From NCBI GenBank assembly GCA_041640655.1, contig JBEPZV010000002.1, positions 146,909 through 210,908 on the forward strand: 64,000 nt of DNA. Reading direction: 5' to 3'. The notes below the pieces were generated by a model that made no database searches, was not told where the DNA came from, and saw only the letters and a list, made by a program, of their open reading frames with translations. Shown in pieces: positions 9,081-21,169 of this stretch. The translations under genes were made by a program, and so were the position numbers. Every line of letters starts with the position of its first letter. Position 1 is the stretch's first letter. Source of the stretch: a bacterium. GTDB taxonomy: Bacteria > Acidobacteriota > Blastocatellia > HR10.

Positions 9081-10196
9081 TCAGGAGCGCTCCGGGGACG
9101 ATGCGCCCTCGGCGCGTATCCCTTCGTCGGCGGGACTGTGCGCGACATCCGGCTGCGCGGCGAGCGCGCTCAAGCTCTCCCGATAGGGCGGATGTGCGAT
9201 CCCCCGCTCGGTCACAATCGCCGTCACGTAACGATGGGGGGTGATGTCGAAGGCCGGATTGGCGACGGCAATACCCTCGGGGGCGATGGGCTGTCCGTTG
9301 ATGTGCGTGACTTCGTGAGCCGGGCGTTCCTCGATGGGGATGTGTTCGCCGGATTCGATGGAGAGATCGAGCGTCGAAATGGGCGCGACGACGTAGAAGG
9401 GGATGCCGTGCTCCTTCGCCAAGACGGCGAGCGTATAGGTGCCGATCTTATTGGCGACATCACCGTTGGCGGCGATGCGGTCCGCACCGACGAGCACGCA
9501 ATCCACCAATCCGCGATACATCAGGTATCCGGCCATATTGTCCGTGATGAGCGTGGCCGGGATCTGCTCCTTGAGCAACTCCCACGCCGTCAATCGCGCG
9601 CCTTGGAGGAAGGGACGCGTCTCGTCCACGTACACGTGCACGCGCTTGCCCATGAGCACGGCCGCGCGCACAACGCCGAGCGCCGTCCCCATGCCGCCGG
9701 CCGTCGCCAGCGCCCCCGTGTTGCAGTGTGTGAGGACGCGGGCGGGATCGGGGAGCAAGGCCGCCCCATTTCGCGCCATGCGCCAATTCGTCTCGATGTC
9801 CTCCCGATAGATGTTCTGCGCTTCTTGAATGAGCCACTCGCGGACGAGCGGCAGCGGCAAGTTCCGCCGACGGGCTTCGGCCAGCGCGCGACGCATGCGC
9901 TCGATGGCCCAGAAGAGGTTCACCGCCGTCGGCCGCGCGCGCGCCATCAGGCGACACCAGGCCTCGAACTCCGCCTCCAATTCCTCCACCGTGCGCGCGC
10001 TCGATCGCTTCACCCCGAGCGCCAGACCGAACGCCGCTGTCACGCCGATGGCCGGCGCGCCGCGCACGACCATCTGGCGAATAGCCTCGGTCACCTCTTC
10101 CGGCGTGCGCAAGAGCGAATAGACCTCCTCATGGGGCAGCTTTCGCTGATCAATCACGCGAACGCCTTCGTCTGTCCATTCGACCGTCTTGATCAT
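9081..10196 (-). CDS. mtnA: S-methyl-5-thioribose-1-phosphate isomerase
   Basis: [36 protein letters not shown]. Confidence 0.95.
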   Translation of the reverse strand: MIKTVEWTDEGVRVIDQRKLPHEEVYSLLRTPEEVTEAIRQMVVRGAPAIGVTAAFGLALGVKRSSARTVEELEAEFEAWCRLMARARPTAVNLFWAIERMRRALAEARRRNLPLPLVREWLIQEAQNIYREDIETNWRMARNGAALLPDPARVLTHCNTGALATAGGMGTALGVVRAAVLMGKRVHVYVDETRPFLQGARLTAWELLKEQIPATLITDNMAGYLMYRGLVDCVLVGADRIAANGDVANKIGTYTLAVLAKEHGIPFYVVAPISTLDLSIESGEHIPIEERPAHEVTHINGQPIAPEGIAVANPAFDITPHRYVTAIVTERGIAHPPYRESLSALAAQPDVAHSPADEGIRAEGASSPERS

Positions 10197-10355
10197 GGGC
10201 CGGACCTCGCTCGACAACGGGAAATCTTATCCGAAGGTCGACGAGCGGCGCAACCGCACCGCTTCGCGATGTCACATGAGGCGGATCGCTTCCTGCCCCC
10301 TCAAGGAAGGCGTCGCTGCCTTCCGACCGCGCCCTCCCCCTTCGCTTGCGCTCGA

Positions 10356-11087
10356 TCACAAATCTCCCCAGAGGAATTGGACCATGCTGAGCACGACGAG
10401 CCCAGCCGTCTCCGTGCGGAGGACGCGCGGCCCGAGAGAGAGCAGTGCCGCTCCAGCGCGTCGAGCGGCCTCGATCTCCTCATCCGCCCATCCCCCCTCC
10501 GGACCGATGAAGATCGTGAGCTGACGCGGAAGGACATCTCCCCATTGCCGCGCGATCTCGCGTAGCGGCAGCCCTCCGCGTTCCGAGCAAAAGAGCGCGG
10601 GCGCGCGCAGGTCCTCGAGCAGAGCCTGCACCGGCTGAGGCTCCTCGACCTCCACCAGACGCGTCCGATGCGATTGCTTCACAGCTTCCAGGGCGATGCG
10701 GCGCCACCGCTGCAACCGATGGGGCGAATACCGTTCGACCACCGCGCGACGCGTCAGCACAGGGATGATGCGCGCGACGCCCAGCTCGGTCGCCTTCTGC
10801 ACGACGAGATCGAACTTCTCGCCCTTGATGAGGGCCTGCGCGAGCGTGAGCGCCAGGGGCGACTCGACCGACGGCACGGTCCGCGCCTGAATGCGTACCG
10901 CCACACGTCGCTCGCGTGTCTCCAGCACGATCCCCTCATACTCGATCCCCGTTCCGTCGAAGACGGCGACGAGGGCGCCCGGCTTCAACCGCAGCACGTG
11001 TCGCAAATGATGCGACTCCCGTTCATCGAGCCGGATCACCCCTTCCTGCAGGGCCTCCGGAGGAGCGTAAAACCGATGTCGGCTCAT
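10356..11087 (-). CDS. rsmE: 16S rRNA m3U1498 methyltransferase RsmE
   Basis: HLRHVLRL, KATELGV, IGPEGG, LGPRVLRTETA; start at MSRHRF. Confidence 0.95.
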   Translation of the reverse strand: MSRHRFYAPPEALQEGVIRLDERESHHLRHVLRLKPGALVAVFDGTGIEYEGIVLETRERRVAVRIQARTVPSVESPLALTLAQALIKGEKFDLVVQKATELGVARIIPVLTRRAVVERYSPHRLQRWRRIALEAVKQSHRTRLVEVEEPQPVQALLEDLRAPALFCSERGGLPLREIARQWGDVLPRQLTIFIGPEGGWADEEIEAARRAGAALLSLGPRVLRTETAGLVVLSMVQFLWGDL

Positions 11088-11943
11088 ATCGCGCGATGAT
11101 TGTCTGCCATTCGCCTCCCGGCTTGATCTCGATGAGGCGAAAGGCCCTCGCCGCGAGCGCCTCCCGGAATACTTCGTCCTCTCCCTTGAGGAGACCGGAG
11201 AGGACGAGTGTCCCGCCCGACTCAAGCCGATGGGGGAACAGCGGCAGCATGCTCAGGAGCACATCGGCGGTGAGGTTGGCTATTACCATCTCGAAGTGCT
11301 CCTCGGGGGCGTCCTCGAGCGTCCCGCAAATCACCGTGACGCGCTCGCGAACGCCATTGCGCGCCAGATTCTCCAGGGCGACGGCGCACGCTTCCGGATC
11401 AATGTCGAGCGCGACGATACGAGCCTCCGGGCTCATGCGGGCGGCCGCGATGGCGAGAATACCCGTCCCGGTCCCCACATCGAGCAGGGAGCGTCCGCCC
11501 CAATATTCCTCAAGCGCGAGCAAGCACTGCTGCGTCGTCTCATGCGTGCCCGTGCCGAAGGCCATCCCCGGATCAATCACCAAAAGGAGGCGCTCGCCAG
11601 CATCCGGCGGCTGCGCCCACGAGGGCGTGATGAGGAATCGCCGCCCGACGGGAAAGGGAGTGTACCCTTCCTTCCACCGGCTCGCCCAATCCTTGGCCGG
11701 GACGACTCGCACGCGCACCTCGATCACGCGATGCGCGGGAAATCCAGCCTCGCGCACGGCGCGCCGCACCTCCTGCGCCCACCACGTGGCGTCTTGCGGC
11801 TCATCGAAATAGGCGAGGAGCTCAAGGCCGCTCTCTTCTTCCGCGAACGCGAGTCCGCGCGTCCCCGCGCGCGAGAAGAGGGGGAAGAGGATCTCGCTCA
11901 GGTCCTCCCGAAGCCGAACGCCGACCTCCCAAAATGTCCGCAT
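11023..11943 (-). CDS. prmA: Ribosomal protein L11 methyltransferase PrmA
   Basis: IDPGMAFGTGTHETT, LDVGTGTGILAIAA, ANL. Confidence 0.93.
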   Translation of the reverse strand: MRTFWEVGVRLREDLSEILFPLFSRAGTRGLAFAEEESGLELLAYFDEPQDATWWAQEVRRAVREAGFPAHRVIEVRVRVVPAKDWASRWKEGYTPFPVGRRFLITPSWAQPPDAGERLLLVIDPGMAFGTGTHETTQQCLLALEEYWGGRSLLDVGTGTGILAIAAARMSPEARIVALDIDPEACAVALENLARNGVRERVTVICGTLEDAPEEHFEMVIANLTADVLLSMLPLFPHRLESGGTLVLSGLLKGEDEVFREALAARAFRLIEIKPGGEWQTIIARYEPTSVLRSSGGPAGRGDPAR

Positions 11944-11971
11944 AGCGCGTGCGAGGGCGACCGATGCGGTG

Positions 11972-13105
11972 TCATCCCATCAGCAGCCGGCGCAATTCGG
12001 GCTCGCGCTCTCGCGTGACCAGAGCGACCACCATATCGCCCACTTCCAGGCGCGTCTCTCCACGAGGGATGAGCGTCGTGCCCGCGCGTTCGATGGCCAC
12101 GATATTGCAGTCGGGCGGAAAGGCGATGTCGCGCAAGGCCTTTCCAGCCACCGGACAGGTCTCGCCGAGCACGTACTCGATGATCTGGGCTCGCTCCCCG
12201 TGCAGATTCAGGAGCGTGCGAATAGGAATCGTCGGCAGTTCGCGCTCGATGACCTGCTCGATGATAGCCGTCGAGCTGACGGTGGCATCCACGCCGAGCC
12301 GACGCATCACGGGCTCGTTCTTCGGATTGCTCACGCGCGCGATCGTCTTGGGCACATGGAACACGCGCTTGGCGAGCTGACAGGCGATCAGATTGTTCTC
12401 ATCGTTGCCGGTGACGGCGACGAAGACGCGCGCGCGCCGGGCGCCGGCCTCTTCGAGGACGGGCCCCAACGTCCCGTCACCGATGATGACCGGGCAGTCC
12501 AGCTCCGTCCGCAGCCGCGCGGCGTAAGCGACGTCGCGCTCGACGAGCGCCACCTCATGCCCGCTGCCGAGCAGCGAACGAACGAGATTGATCCCCACCT
12601 TCCCCGCGCCCACCACGAGGATGAACTTCGATTCATCAGCGCGCGGGCGCGTCGGACGCGGCTCCCGCACCGGCAGCACCTCCGGCCGCGTCATGGGATG
12701 CGCCGCCCATTCATCCACGCGCTGCATGATGGCATCAACCGTATAGAGCGTGGGACAGACGGTGATCAACTGTCCATCGTCGGTGACGTCCCGATGGCTC
12801 GGCTCATAGACGCGGGCGATGGCGCGCGGCACTTGGAAGATCAGGCGCGCGACCTGCGCCGCCATCAGATTCACGTTGTCCTCGCGCGTGAGCGCCAGAA
12901 AGAGATCGGCATGCTCCACGCCCGCCTGCCGTTGCACGTCCACATCGGTGCCATCTCCCTGCACCAACTTCACATTGGGGAAGTCCACGGCGCCGCGCAA
13001 CCGAACGGCCTCTTTGTCAATCAACGTCACTTCATGACCGCGCTCCAGCAATTGCGCGATCGCGCGACGACCCACGCGTCCATATCCGACGACGACGACT
13101 CGCAT
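11972..13105 (-). CDS. TrkA-family potassium-uptake regulatory protein (RCK_N + RCK_N + RCK_C)
   Basis: Two Rossmann motifs (VVGYGRVG, VVGAGKVG), GDG, DNVN/DENN, and a C-terminal RCK_C (IPRGETRLEVGD). Confidence 0.9.
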   Translation of the reverse strand: MRVVVVGYGRVGRRAIAQLLERGHEVTLIDKEAVRLRGAVDFPNVKLVQGDGTDVDVQRQAGVEHADLFLALTREDNVNLMAAQVARLIFQVPRAIARVYEPSHRDVTDDGQLITVCPTLYTVDAIMQRVDEWAAHPMTRPEVLPVREPRPTRPRADESKFILVVGAGKVGINLVRSLLGSGHEVALVERDVAYAARLRTELDCPVIIGDGTLGPVLEEAGARRARVFVAVTGNDENNLIACQLAKRVFHVPKTIARVSNPKNEPVMRRLGVDATVSSTAIIEQVIERELPTIPIRTLLNLHGERAQIIEYVLGETCPVAGKALRDIAFPPDCNIVAIERAGTTLIPRGETRLEVGDMVVALVTREREPELRRLLMG

Positions 13106-13134
13106 CGCCTCCCCTCCCCATTCGAGATGCCCAC

Positions 13135-13710
13135 TCAGCTCACCCTTTCGGGCACCATGTCAATGATCACTTCGACGCCTGCCCGGCGCAGGATCGTCTC
13201 GATCCCGCGACCGATGGAATCCCCGGCCGCGACGCGTCGAGGATTGAGCCCGATCACGACCAGATCCACATCGTAATCGGTGACGACGCTCACGATCCCC
13301 CGGCCGACCTCGCGATCGCGTCGGACGACCGGAACCGGCGTGAGGTGATGTAGCCGCACCAACTCGACGGCGCGCTCCAACGCCTCGCGCGCCCGCTGCT
13401 CCTCTTGATCGAGGGGGGTATTCAAGGGGAGCGACAGCGGGACCTCGATCACATATGCCAGGATCACTTCGGCCTGCTGCTCCTGCCCGAGGCGACACGC
13501 CAGCTCCACGGCCCGATCGCTATACCCCGTCCCCTTCACGGGGACGAGGATGCGCTTGAGGGCGCTCACCCCGCGATAGGCGCGCGCGACCGCCGGCCCA
13601 ATGGGCGCCGGTGGATGCAGCATCCACCAGAGCATCCCCCCCAAGGAGGCCGCGAAGATCACGGCCAGGATCACGCCCACTAGGGAGACGTGAACGTCAC
13701 CCCCTGACAT
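13135..13710 (-). CDS. Universal stress protein with N-terminal transmembrane helix
   Basis: KRILVPVKG, DLVVIG, SIGRG; hydrophobic N-terminus. Confidence 0.85.
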   Translation of the reverse strand: MSGGDVHVSLVGVILAVIFAASLGGMLWWMLHPPAPIGPAVARAYRGVSALKRILVPVKGTGYSDRAVELACRLGQEQQAEVILAYVIEVPLSLPLNTPLDQEEQRAREALERAVELVRLHHLTPVPVVRRDREVGRGIVSVVTDYDVDLVVIGLNPRRVAAGDSIGRGIETILRRAGVEVIIDMVPERVS

Positions 13711-13927
13711 CCGAACGCTCCTCCCTCTTCCGAGCGAAATAATAGCCGAGGACGAAACGCACTCGGTAGACGCCCAGGAGTACGAAGCCCCCGCCCACGC
13801 CGAGCCCCACCGGACTCCCCCCCAGGCGGATCACCCGATAGAGGATGATCAGGCCGAGGAGCACAAAGAGGACCCCGTAAACGATCAGCACCACGTCCCG
13901 AAGCGAGACGCCACGTGGTTCATTCAC
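13697..13927 (-). CDS. Small two-TM membrane protein
   Basis: Hydrophobic 3' part of ORF 13697..14161; GTG start overlaps the permease end and the stop overlaps the USP start. Confidence 0.55.
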   Translation of the reverse strand: MNEPRGVSLRDVVLIVYGVLFVLLGLIILYRVIRLGGSPVGLGVGGGFVLLGVYRVRFVLGYYFARKREERSDVRG

Positions 13928-15500
13928 GGGTGAGCTCGGCCTCATGGGTCCGCCTCCTCCATCGGTCGCGTTCGGCCAGGGCGATCCGGTATTGTTCCAA
14001 GAGGTCGTATTCCTCAGCCGCTTCGAGCACCTCCATCTGCTCCCGCTCCCAATCTCGCGGCACGCTCCGGAAGATCGGGAGCCCCCGCCGCCGGCGATAC
14101 CAGGCATAGTAGCCGAAACAGAGGAGCACCCACGATGGTCCCGCCACAGCCGCGATCTCATGCGTGAAGAGCACGATCACGAGGACCGTCGTGATCCCCA
14201 CAAGTCCGATGATCCCCAGCACGGGGACGTGAATCGTCGCGCCCGGCCGTCTCATCGGAATATTGAACGGCACGCGATAGGGACGAGGCGTGTACGGATC
14301 AGTGAACCGCAATCGAATGAGTGAGAGCATGACGAGGGTGTATCCGAGCGTGGCGCCGAAAGCATACATGTTGGCCAGTGTGTCTATAGCGCTCTCGGTC
14401 AGGGAGGCCAGGACGACCTGCAGCGCCGCGATGGACGAGAAGACGATGATCGTGCGCGCCGGCGTGCGATAGCGCGGATGGACGTGCTCGAACCACGAGG
14501 AGATCGCCTCATATCGGCTCATCGAGAACGCCACGCGGGAGACGCTCATCACCCCGGAATTGGACGAGAGCATGAGGACGAGCACGGCCAGCGCCGCCGT
14601 CACATCCTCGGCCGCGCGCCCGATCCAGGGCAGATGTCCCGCCACAAGAGCGACTGAGCGCCCCACATTGCGCTCCTCCAGAAAGACCTCCCAGCGCACC
14701 GTACCGAGCGTCAGCACCGAGAGCGAGACGGCGAAGAGGAAGACCGTGAAGACCAACGCGATCGAAGTCCGCGGGACGATCGTGGCCGGACGCCGCGTCT
14801 CCTGCGCCGCTTGCGAGATGGACTCCAAGCCCACAAAGGAGATGATCGCCAACGACGCCCCGTAGAGGAACTGACGCGGATGGAAATTCGCGAACGTCTC
14901 GCTCCACTGAGCCGCGAGCAGCTCCGGCCGCCAGGCGAAGATCAAGCCCATGGCGATGATGAGCGTCTCCACCAGAATGATCAGGACGCCGATCAGCTCG
15001 TTGAGCAGACTGGCCTGCCGCATCCCCCGCACATTCAACCACGCCAGAAAGGCGATGAGCAGAAGCGTGGCCAGGGCCAGGCCGATCCGCACGTGCGCGA
15101 ACGGTCCGAGAGCGATCGTGGCTTCGGCCAATTCCGGGACGAAATGCGAGAAATAGGTCGTGGCGAAATAGGCGAAGAGCGCCGTGCAGAGCGTGTAATC
15201 GAGCACGAGCGCGCTGCCGGCGATCAGGCTCCAGAAGTCTCCCAGGCCGCGCAAGGCGAAATACTGTCCCCCTCCGGCGACCGGATACGCCGAGGCCAAT
15301 TCCGTGTAGGCCAACCCCACCAAGATGTAGACCGTCCCGGCCAGCAAGAAGGCCAACGGCGCGGCTCCCTCCGAGAACGCGAAGACCAAGCCGAGCGCGA
15401 CGAATGTGTCGGCCCCAACATCGGCGAAGCCCCACATGTACGATCCCCAGACGGTCACATCCCGTCGCAACTCGGCGACCGCCGTTCGTCCCTCCGCCAT
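13920..15500 (-). CDS. APC-family permease
   Basis: About 12 TM segments; YTELASAYPVAGG, FVGLES, HPRYRTP, RPYRVP. Confidence 0.9.
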   Translation of the reverse strand: MAEGRTAVAELRRDVTVWGSYMWGFADVGADTFVALGLVFAFSEGAAPLAFLLAGTVYILVGLAYTELASAYPVAGGGQYFALRGLGDFWSLIAGSALVLDYTLCTALFAYFATTYFSHFVPELAEATIALGPFAHVRIGLALATLLLIAFLAWLNVRGMRQASLLNELIGVLIILVETLIIAMGLIFAWRPELLAAQWSETFANFHPRQFLYGASLAIISFVGLESISQAAQETRRPATIVPRTSIALVFTVFLFAVSLSVLTLGTVRWEVFLEERNVGRSVALVAGHLPWIGRAAEDVTAALAVLVLMLSSNSGVMSVSRVAFSMSRYEAISSWFEHVHPRYRTPARTIIVFSSIAALQVVLASLTESAIDTLANMYAFGATLGYTLVMLSLIRLRFTDPYTPRPYRVPFNIPMRRPGATIHVPVLGIIGLVGITTVLVIVLFTHEIAAVAGPSWVLLCFGYYAWYRRRRGLPIFRSVPRDWEREQMEVLEAAEEYDLLEQYRIALAERDRWRRRTHEAELTRE

Positions 15501-15578
15501 CGCGTCTCTGTTCCTCCCCAAGGCATCACCTTCCTCAGCTCAGAAGGGGGATCTCAACGGAGTCATCTTGCGGGCGAA

Positions 15579-17240
15579 TCACGGCTTGCGCGAGGACATC
15601 GCCAGCTCTTGCGCCAACTCGCGCGCCTCCGCATCGTTCGGATCCAGGGCTAATGCCCGTTCTACGCTCAAGCGCGCGCGCTCGCGTTCGCCGACGGCCA
15701 AGTAAACACGGGCCAGTAACAGATGGGCCGAGATCAATCGAGGATTCCAAAAGGCCGCCGCCTGCGCCGCATCGGCCGCCTCGCGCCAGCTCCCGCGCCG
15801 AAAATAGAGGCGCGCCTTCAGCAGATGCGCATCGGCCTGATCCGGAGCCGTTCGCAGTACGCTCTCCACGAGTCCCAGGGCCTCCTCCTCCCGACCGGCC
15901 TCCAGCAGCGCCTCCGCCTGACGCACGGCTTCGGTGGGCGACATCGCCAGAGCGCGCGAAGCCAGACCGATCGCGCCGCGAGCTTGAGGACGCGCGATCT
16001 GCAGCTTGAGCCGAGGAGCGATAGGCGGGTCGGCCATGTTCTCCCACTCGGCGAACGCGGGCAAAGAGCGCCGAGCGATCGTCAATGCCCCCTGTGCTTC
16101 CTCGACTCGCCCCAACCGTTGCAAGCTCTTCCCTAGGAGATAATGCGCCTCGACATCGGCCGTGCGCTGCCGCACGACTTGTCGAAACTGTCCCGCGGCA
16201 CTCTCAAACTCCCCGAGTTTCCACAGCGCGTAGCCGTAATTGAAACGGATGTCGGGATCGGGACCAGAACGCTCAAGCGCCTGCGAGAAATCAGCGGCGG
16301 CTGCCGCTGTTTGCCCCAACCGCAGTTCGGCGACAGCCAGGTTGTTATATACCTCCGCCAATGGCCACACGCGCGCGAGCGCCCGATAGATGTTCACAGC
16401 GCGCGACCAGTCTCCGTGCTGGAGGGCACACACCCCCAGATAAAACTGCGCTTCTTTGTCGACGGACGCGTCCGACGTGAGCCGATGCAAGTACGGGAGC
16501 GCATCGGCACACTGCCCCTGCCGGACATAGGCGCGCCCCAACTCCAGAAGCAGGGGGGCATATTCGGCCGCCCTTCGCCCCGCCGCGCGTTCAGCGCGAC
16601 GCAGCAAGGGAATCGCCACCTGCGGATCGGCCGCCATCCACGCTTTCGTGTAATACTCCAGCGCACTTGTGGGCAAAGCCGTCGCCATTTGTGCCACCGC
16701 CTGACGCGCTGATGGAGAGAGCCGATCTCCGAGCACCTCCCCGACCAGCGTCGCCAGCAATGCGGGCAAGTCTCGCAGCGGAGCGCCCAACGTCAGTTCG
16801 TTCGTCAACATCCGCGCCTCCGCCACGTGAATCACCCGAGCCGTGATGGCGACGCGCTCTTGTCCTCTCGGACCGGTCACCTGATACGTTCCCACCAGCA
16901 GTCGCTCGGCTCCCAAACGCTCGGCGACGACGAGTGCCGAAGCCCGCGTCACCACCAAGCCCTTGGGCAACCGAAGCTGCTCGTAGAGCGCCCGCCGATC
17001 ATCCGGGGAGACGACCGACTCTCCCGCCCGCGCCAAGAGCTCCGACAGAAGCAGCGCGCATGCCTCCCCCACCCAATGGTAATCGGCCTGCCGCGTCTTA
17101 TTCTCGAAGGGCAGCGCCAGCCAGGACGCTCCGCGCGCCGAAGCGCGCGCGCCGAACAAAAGGAGCGCAGCGGTTATACCCAGACTCAACCGCAGAGCCC
17201 GCTGCGCCCTTCTCACGCTCGATCTCGCTGCATCGGCCAT
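15579..17240 (-). CDS. Exported TPR protein with N-terminal TolB/FlgO-like domain
   Basis: Signal-like N-terminus, LALPFEN, multiple TPRs (YNNLAVA, FNYGYAL, AHYLLG, ALALDPND). Confidence 0.85.
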   Translation of the reverse strand: MADAARSSVRRAQRALRLSLGITAALLLFGARASARGASWLALPFENKTRQADYHWVGEACALLLSELLARAGESVVSPDDRRALYEQLRLPKGLVVTRASALVVAERLGAERLLVGTYQVTGPRGQERVAITARVIHVAEARMLTNELTLGAPLRDLPALLATLVGEVLGDRLSPSARQAVAQMATALPTSALEYYTKAWMAADPQVAIPLLRRAERAAGRRAAEYAPLLLELGRAYVRQGQCADALPYLHRLTSDASVDKEAQFYLGVCALQHGDWSRAVNIYRALARVWPLAEVYNNLAVAELRLGQTAAAAADFSQALERSGPDPDIRFNYGYALWKLGEFESAAGQFRQVVRQRTADVEAHYLLGKSLQRLGRVEEAQGALTIARRSLPAFAEWENMADPPIAPRLKLQIARPQARGAIGLASRALAMSPTEAVRQAEALLEAGREEEALGLVESVLRTAPDQADAHLLKARLYFRRGSWREAADAAQAAAFWNPRLISAHLLLARVYLAVGERERARLSVERALALDPNDAEARELAQELAMSSRKP

Positions 17241-17249
17241 AAAAACAGA

Positions 17250-17325
17250 TGGTGAGCCGTGCAGGAATCGAACCTGCGACCCTCGGGTTAAAAGCCCGAT
17301 GCTCTACCGACTGAGCTAACGGCCC
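17250..17325 (-). tRNA. tRNA-Lys (TTT)
   Basis: Reverse complement GGGCCGTTAGCTCAGTCGGTAGAGCATCGGGCTTTTAACCCGAGGGTCGCAGGTTCGATTCCTGCACGGCTCACCA: 76-nt cloverleaf, TTT anticodon, encoded CCA. Confidence 0.97.
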
Positions 17326-17350
17326 ACACCGTGATGCTCACGCACGTGAG

Positions 17351-17380
17351 ATGATAGCGCGTCCCTCGCCTCCTTGTCCA
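17351..17380 (-). promoter_or_regulatory. Putative promoter for tRNA-Lys
   Basis: TGGACA - 18 nt - TATCAT. Confidence 0.45.
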
Positions 17381-17542
17381 GCAGTGGATCGAGAACGCGC
17401 TCGTGATCGTGGGAGAGCCGCTCGCCCTCGCGCCTCCGAGGAGAGCGATTCACCGTCAGCGCCTCTCACCGATGTGGCACACGCCCCTCCGAAGGGGCAT
17501 CCGTTGGGCTCTTCCCATCGCCCAGAAGTCCCTGATGCTCGA

Positions 17543-19244
<1,702 letters not shown>

Positions 19245-19294
19245 AGCGCGCGCCATCTCCGTGAGCGGCTCGCCCAGCACAGCGCGTTCTCCCC

Positions 19295-21130
19295 TCATCG
19301 GTGGAAAAGCCGCTCGATCTCCCGGAGCGTGAACCGCACCACCACGGGGCGTCCGTGCGGGCAGCTCGCCAGGAAGGAGGCGCGGAATAACTCCTCGACG
19401 AGCCATCGCATCATCGGTTCGGTCAACGGGGTATTGATCTTCACGGCAGCGCGGCACGCGAGGCTGGCCGCTAAGCGATCGCGGAGGCGTTCCGGCGATG
19501 CCGTGCGCCGCTCCTGCTCGGCGATCTCCAAAAGCTCCAGGATGAGGAGGCGTGCTTCGGAGACAGGCACGTCGGCCGGCAACGCCGTGACCACAAGCGC
19601 ACGCCCGGAAAACTCCCCGACTTCGATCCCCAGCCGCCCCAGCTCCTCGCGCACGCTCTCGAAGATGGCGTGTTGAGCCGGCGTCAGCTCGATGACCTCC
19701 GGCACCAGAAGGGGCTGTCTGGGTAATGCCTCGCGCGCCAGATGCTCCCGAAAGCGCTCGAAGAGGATGCGCTCATGCGCGGCATGTTGATCGATGAGGA
19801 GCAGCTCCCGCTCCGTCGCCGCCAGGATGAAGCTCCGGCGGAATTGACCGATGACGCGAATTCGTTCGGCCTCCTCCCCCTCGATCGTCGCTTCCAGCGA
19901 AGGACGCGCCAGGCACTGCGGGCTGATCGACGGGCGATCCGGCGATACTTCAAGATGGGGTCGCGCGGCCTCGGGCGCAGATTTTGGCGAGAAGGTGAGC
20001 GCCAGCGGCGATTGGCGTGGTGTCGGTGGGGTGAGCGGCGCCTGCAGGCGAAAGGCCTCGCGATGGAACGCGCGCTCGGAACTCACCGCTGAGGCGCGCT
20101 CCCGCGCGAAGGGGACGGCGCGCCCGACCTCCACGACAGGCCGCGCGCGCTCGAGCGCTCGTCGCACGGCCTCGATGATCGCCGCCTGAACCTGAAGAGG
20201 GCGCCGAAATCGCACCTCGATCTTCGCCGGATGCACATTCACATCCACTTCCGACGGCGGCAGCTCGACGAAGAGGATCGCCGCCGGATGCGTGCCCGAG
20301 GGCAGGAGCGTGCGATAGCTCTCGCCGAGCGCCTGCGCCAACACGCGATCGCGCACATAGCGACCGTTCACGAAGAAATACTGGGCCTCGCGCGTGGTCC
20401 GTCCCCAATTCGGCTTGGAGGCGAACCCGTGGATGCGAATCCCCCCCTGCGCGTGCTCCAGCTCGACCACGTGGGCGAGGAAGTCCGCGCCAAAGATCTG
20501 ATATGCGCGGTCGCGCACCGCCTCGACCGGAGGCACGTCCAAGAGCGTCCTCTCTCCATGCTGCAGGCGGAAGGCCACCTGCGGATAGCAGAGCGCGTAA
20601 TGCGTCACGAGATTCGTGATGTGGAACAATTCGGTGGCCTCGCTCTTGAGGAATTTGCGCCGAGCCGGGACATTGAAGAAGAGATCGCGCACGCACACCT
20701 CCGTCCCTCCGGCCCAGGCGCAGTCGCGCACCTCCTTGATCTTCCCCCCCTCGATCTCGACCTCCGTCCCGACCAGCTCGACCGCCGCCTTCGTCCGCAC
20801 GAGGACGCGCGCGACCGCCGCGATCGAGGGGAGCGCCTCGCCGCGAAATCCGAGCGTCGCGATCCGTTCCAGGTCTTCGAGCGCGGCGATCTTGCTCGTG
20901 GCATGTCGCTCGAAGGCCAAAAGGGCATCATCGCGCGTCATCCCCTCGCCATCATCGGTGACGCGCACGAGCCTTTTCCCCCCGAGCTCCACCTCGATCT
21001 GGATCCGTCGGCTCCCGGCATCCAGAGCATTCTCGACCAGCTCCTTGACGACCGACGCCGGGCGCTCGACCACCTCGCCCGCGGCGATCTTGCTCGCCAG
21101 AAGGTCCGGGAGAATGCGAATCTTCCCCAT
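19295..21130 (-). CDS. mutL: DNA mismatch repair protein MutL
   Basis: IAAGEVVERP, GFRGEAL, and endonuclease motifs DQHAAHE and CPHGRP. Confidence 0.97.
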   Translation of the reverse strand: MGKIRILPDLLASKIAAGEVVERPASVVKELVENALDAGSRRIQIEVELGGKRLVRVTDDGEGMTRDDALLAFERHATSKIAALEDLERIATLGFRGEALPSIAAVARVLVRTKAAVELVGTEVEIEGGKIKEVRDCAWAGGTEVCVRDLFFNVPARRKFLKSEATELFHITNLVTHYALCYPQVAFRLQHGERTLLDVPPVEAVRDRAYQIFGADFLAHVVELEHAQGGIRIHGFASKPNWGRTTREAQYFFVNGRYVRDRVLAQALGESYRTLLPSGTHPAAILFVELPPSEVDVNVHPAKIEVRFRRPLQVQAAIIEAVRRALERARPVVEVGRAVPFARERASAVSSERAFHREAFRLQAPLTPPTPRQSPLALTFSPKSAPEAARPHLEVSPDRPSISPQCLARPSLEATIEGEEAERIRVIGQFRRSFILAATERELLLIDQHAAHERILFERFREHLAREALPRQPLLVPEVIELTPAQHAIFESVREELGRLGIEVGEFSGRALVVTALPADVPVSEARLLILELLEIAEQERRTASPERLRDRLAASLACRAAVKINTPLTEPMMRWLVEELFRASFLASCPHGRPVVVRFTLREIERLFHR

Positions 21131-21169
21131 CGCCTCGCCTCGGTGAATGCGGCGCAGCGCGCGGCGTCC

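Noticed and set aside
17250..17325. tRNA-Lys as an integration site for a mobile element
   Set aside because: No integrase, no duplicated tRNA 3' end noticed, and the flanking genes are housekeeping-like.
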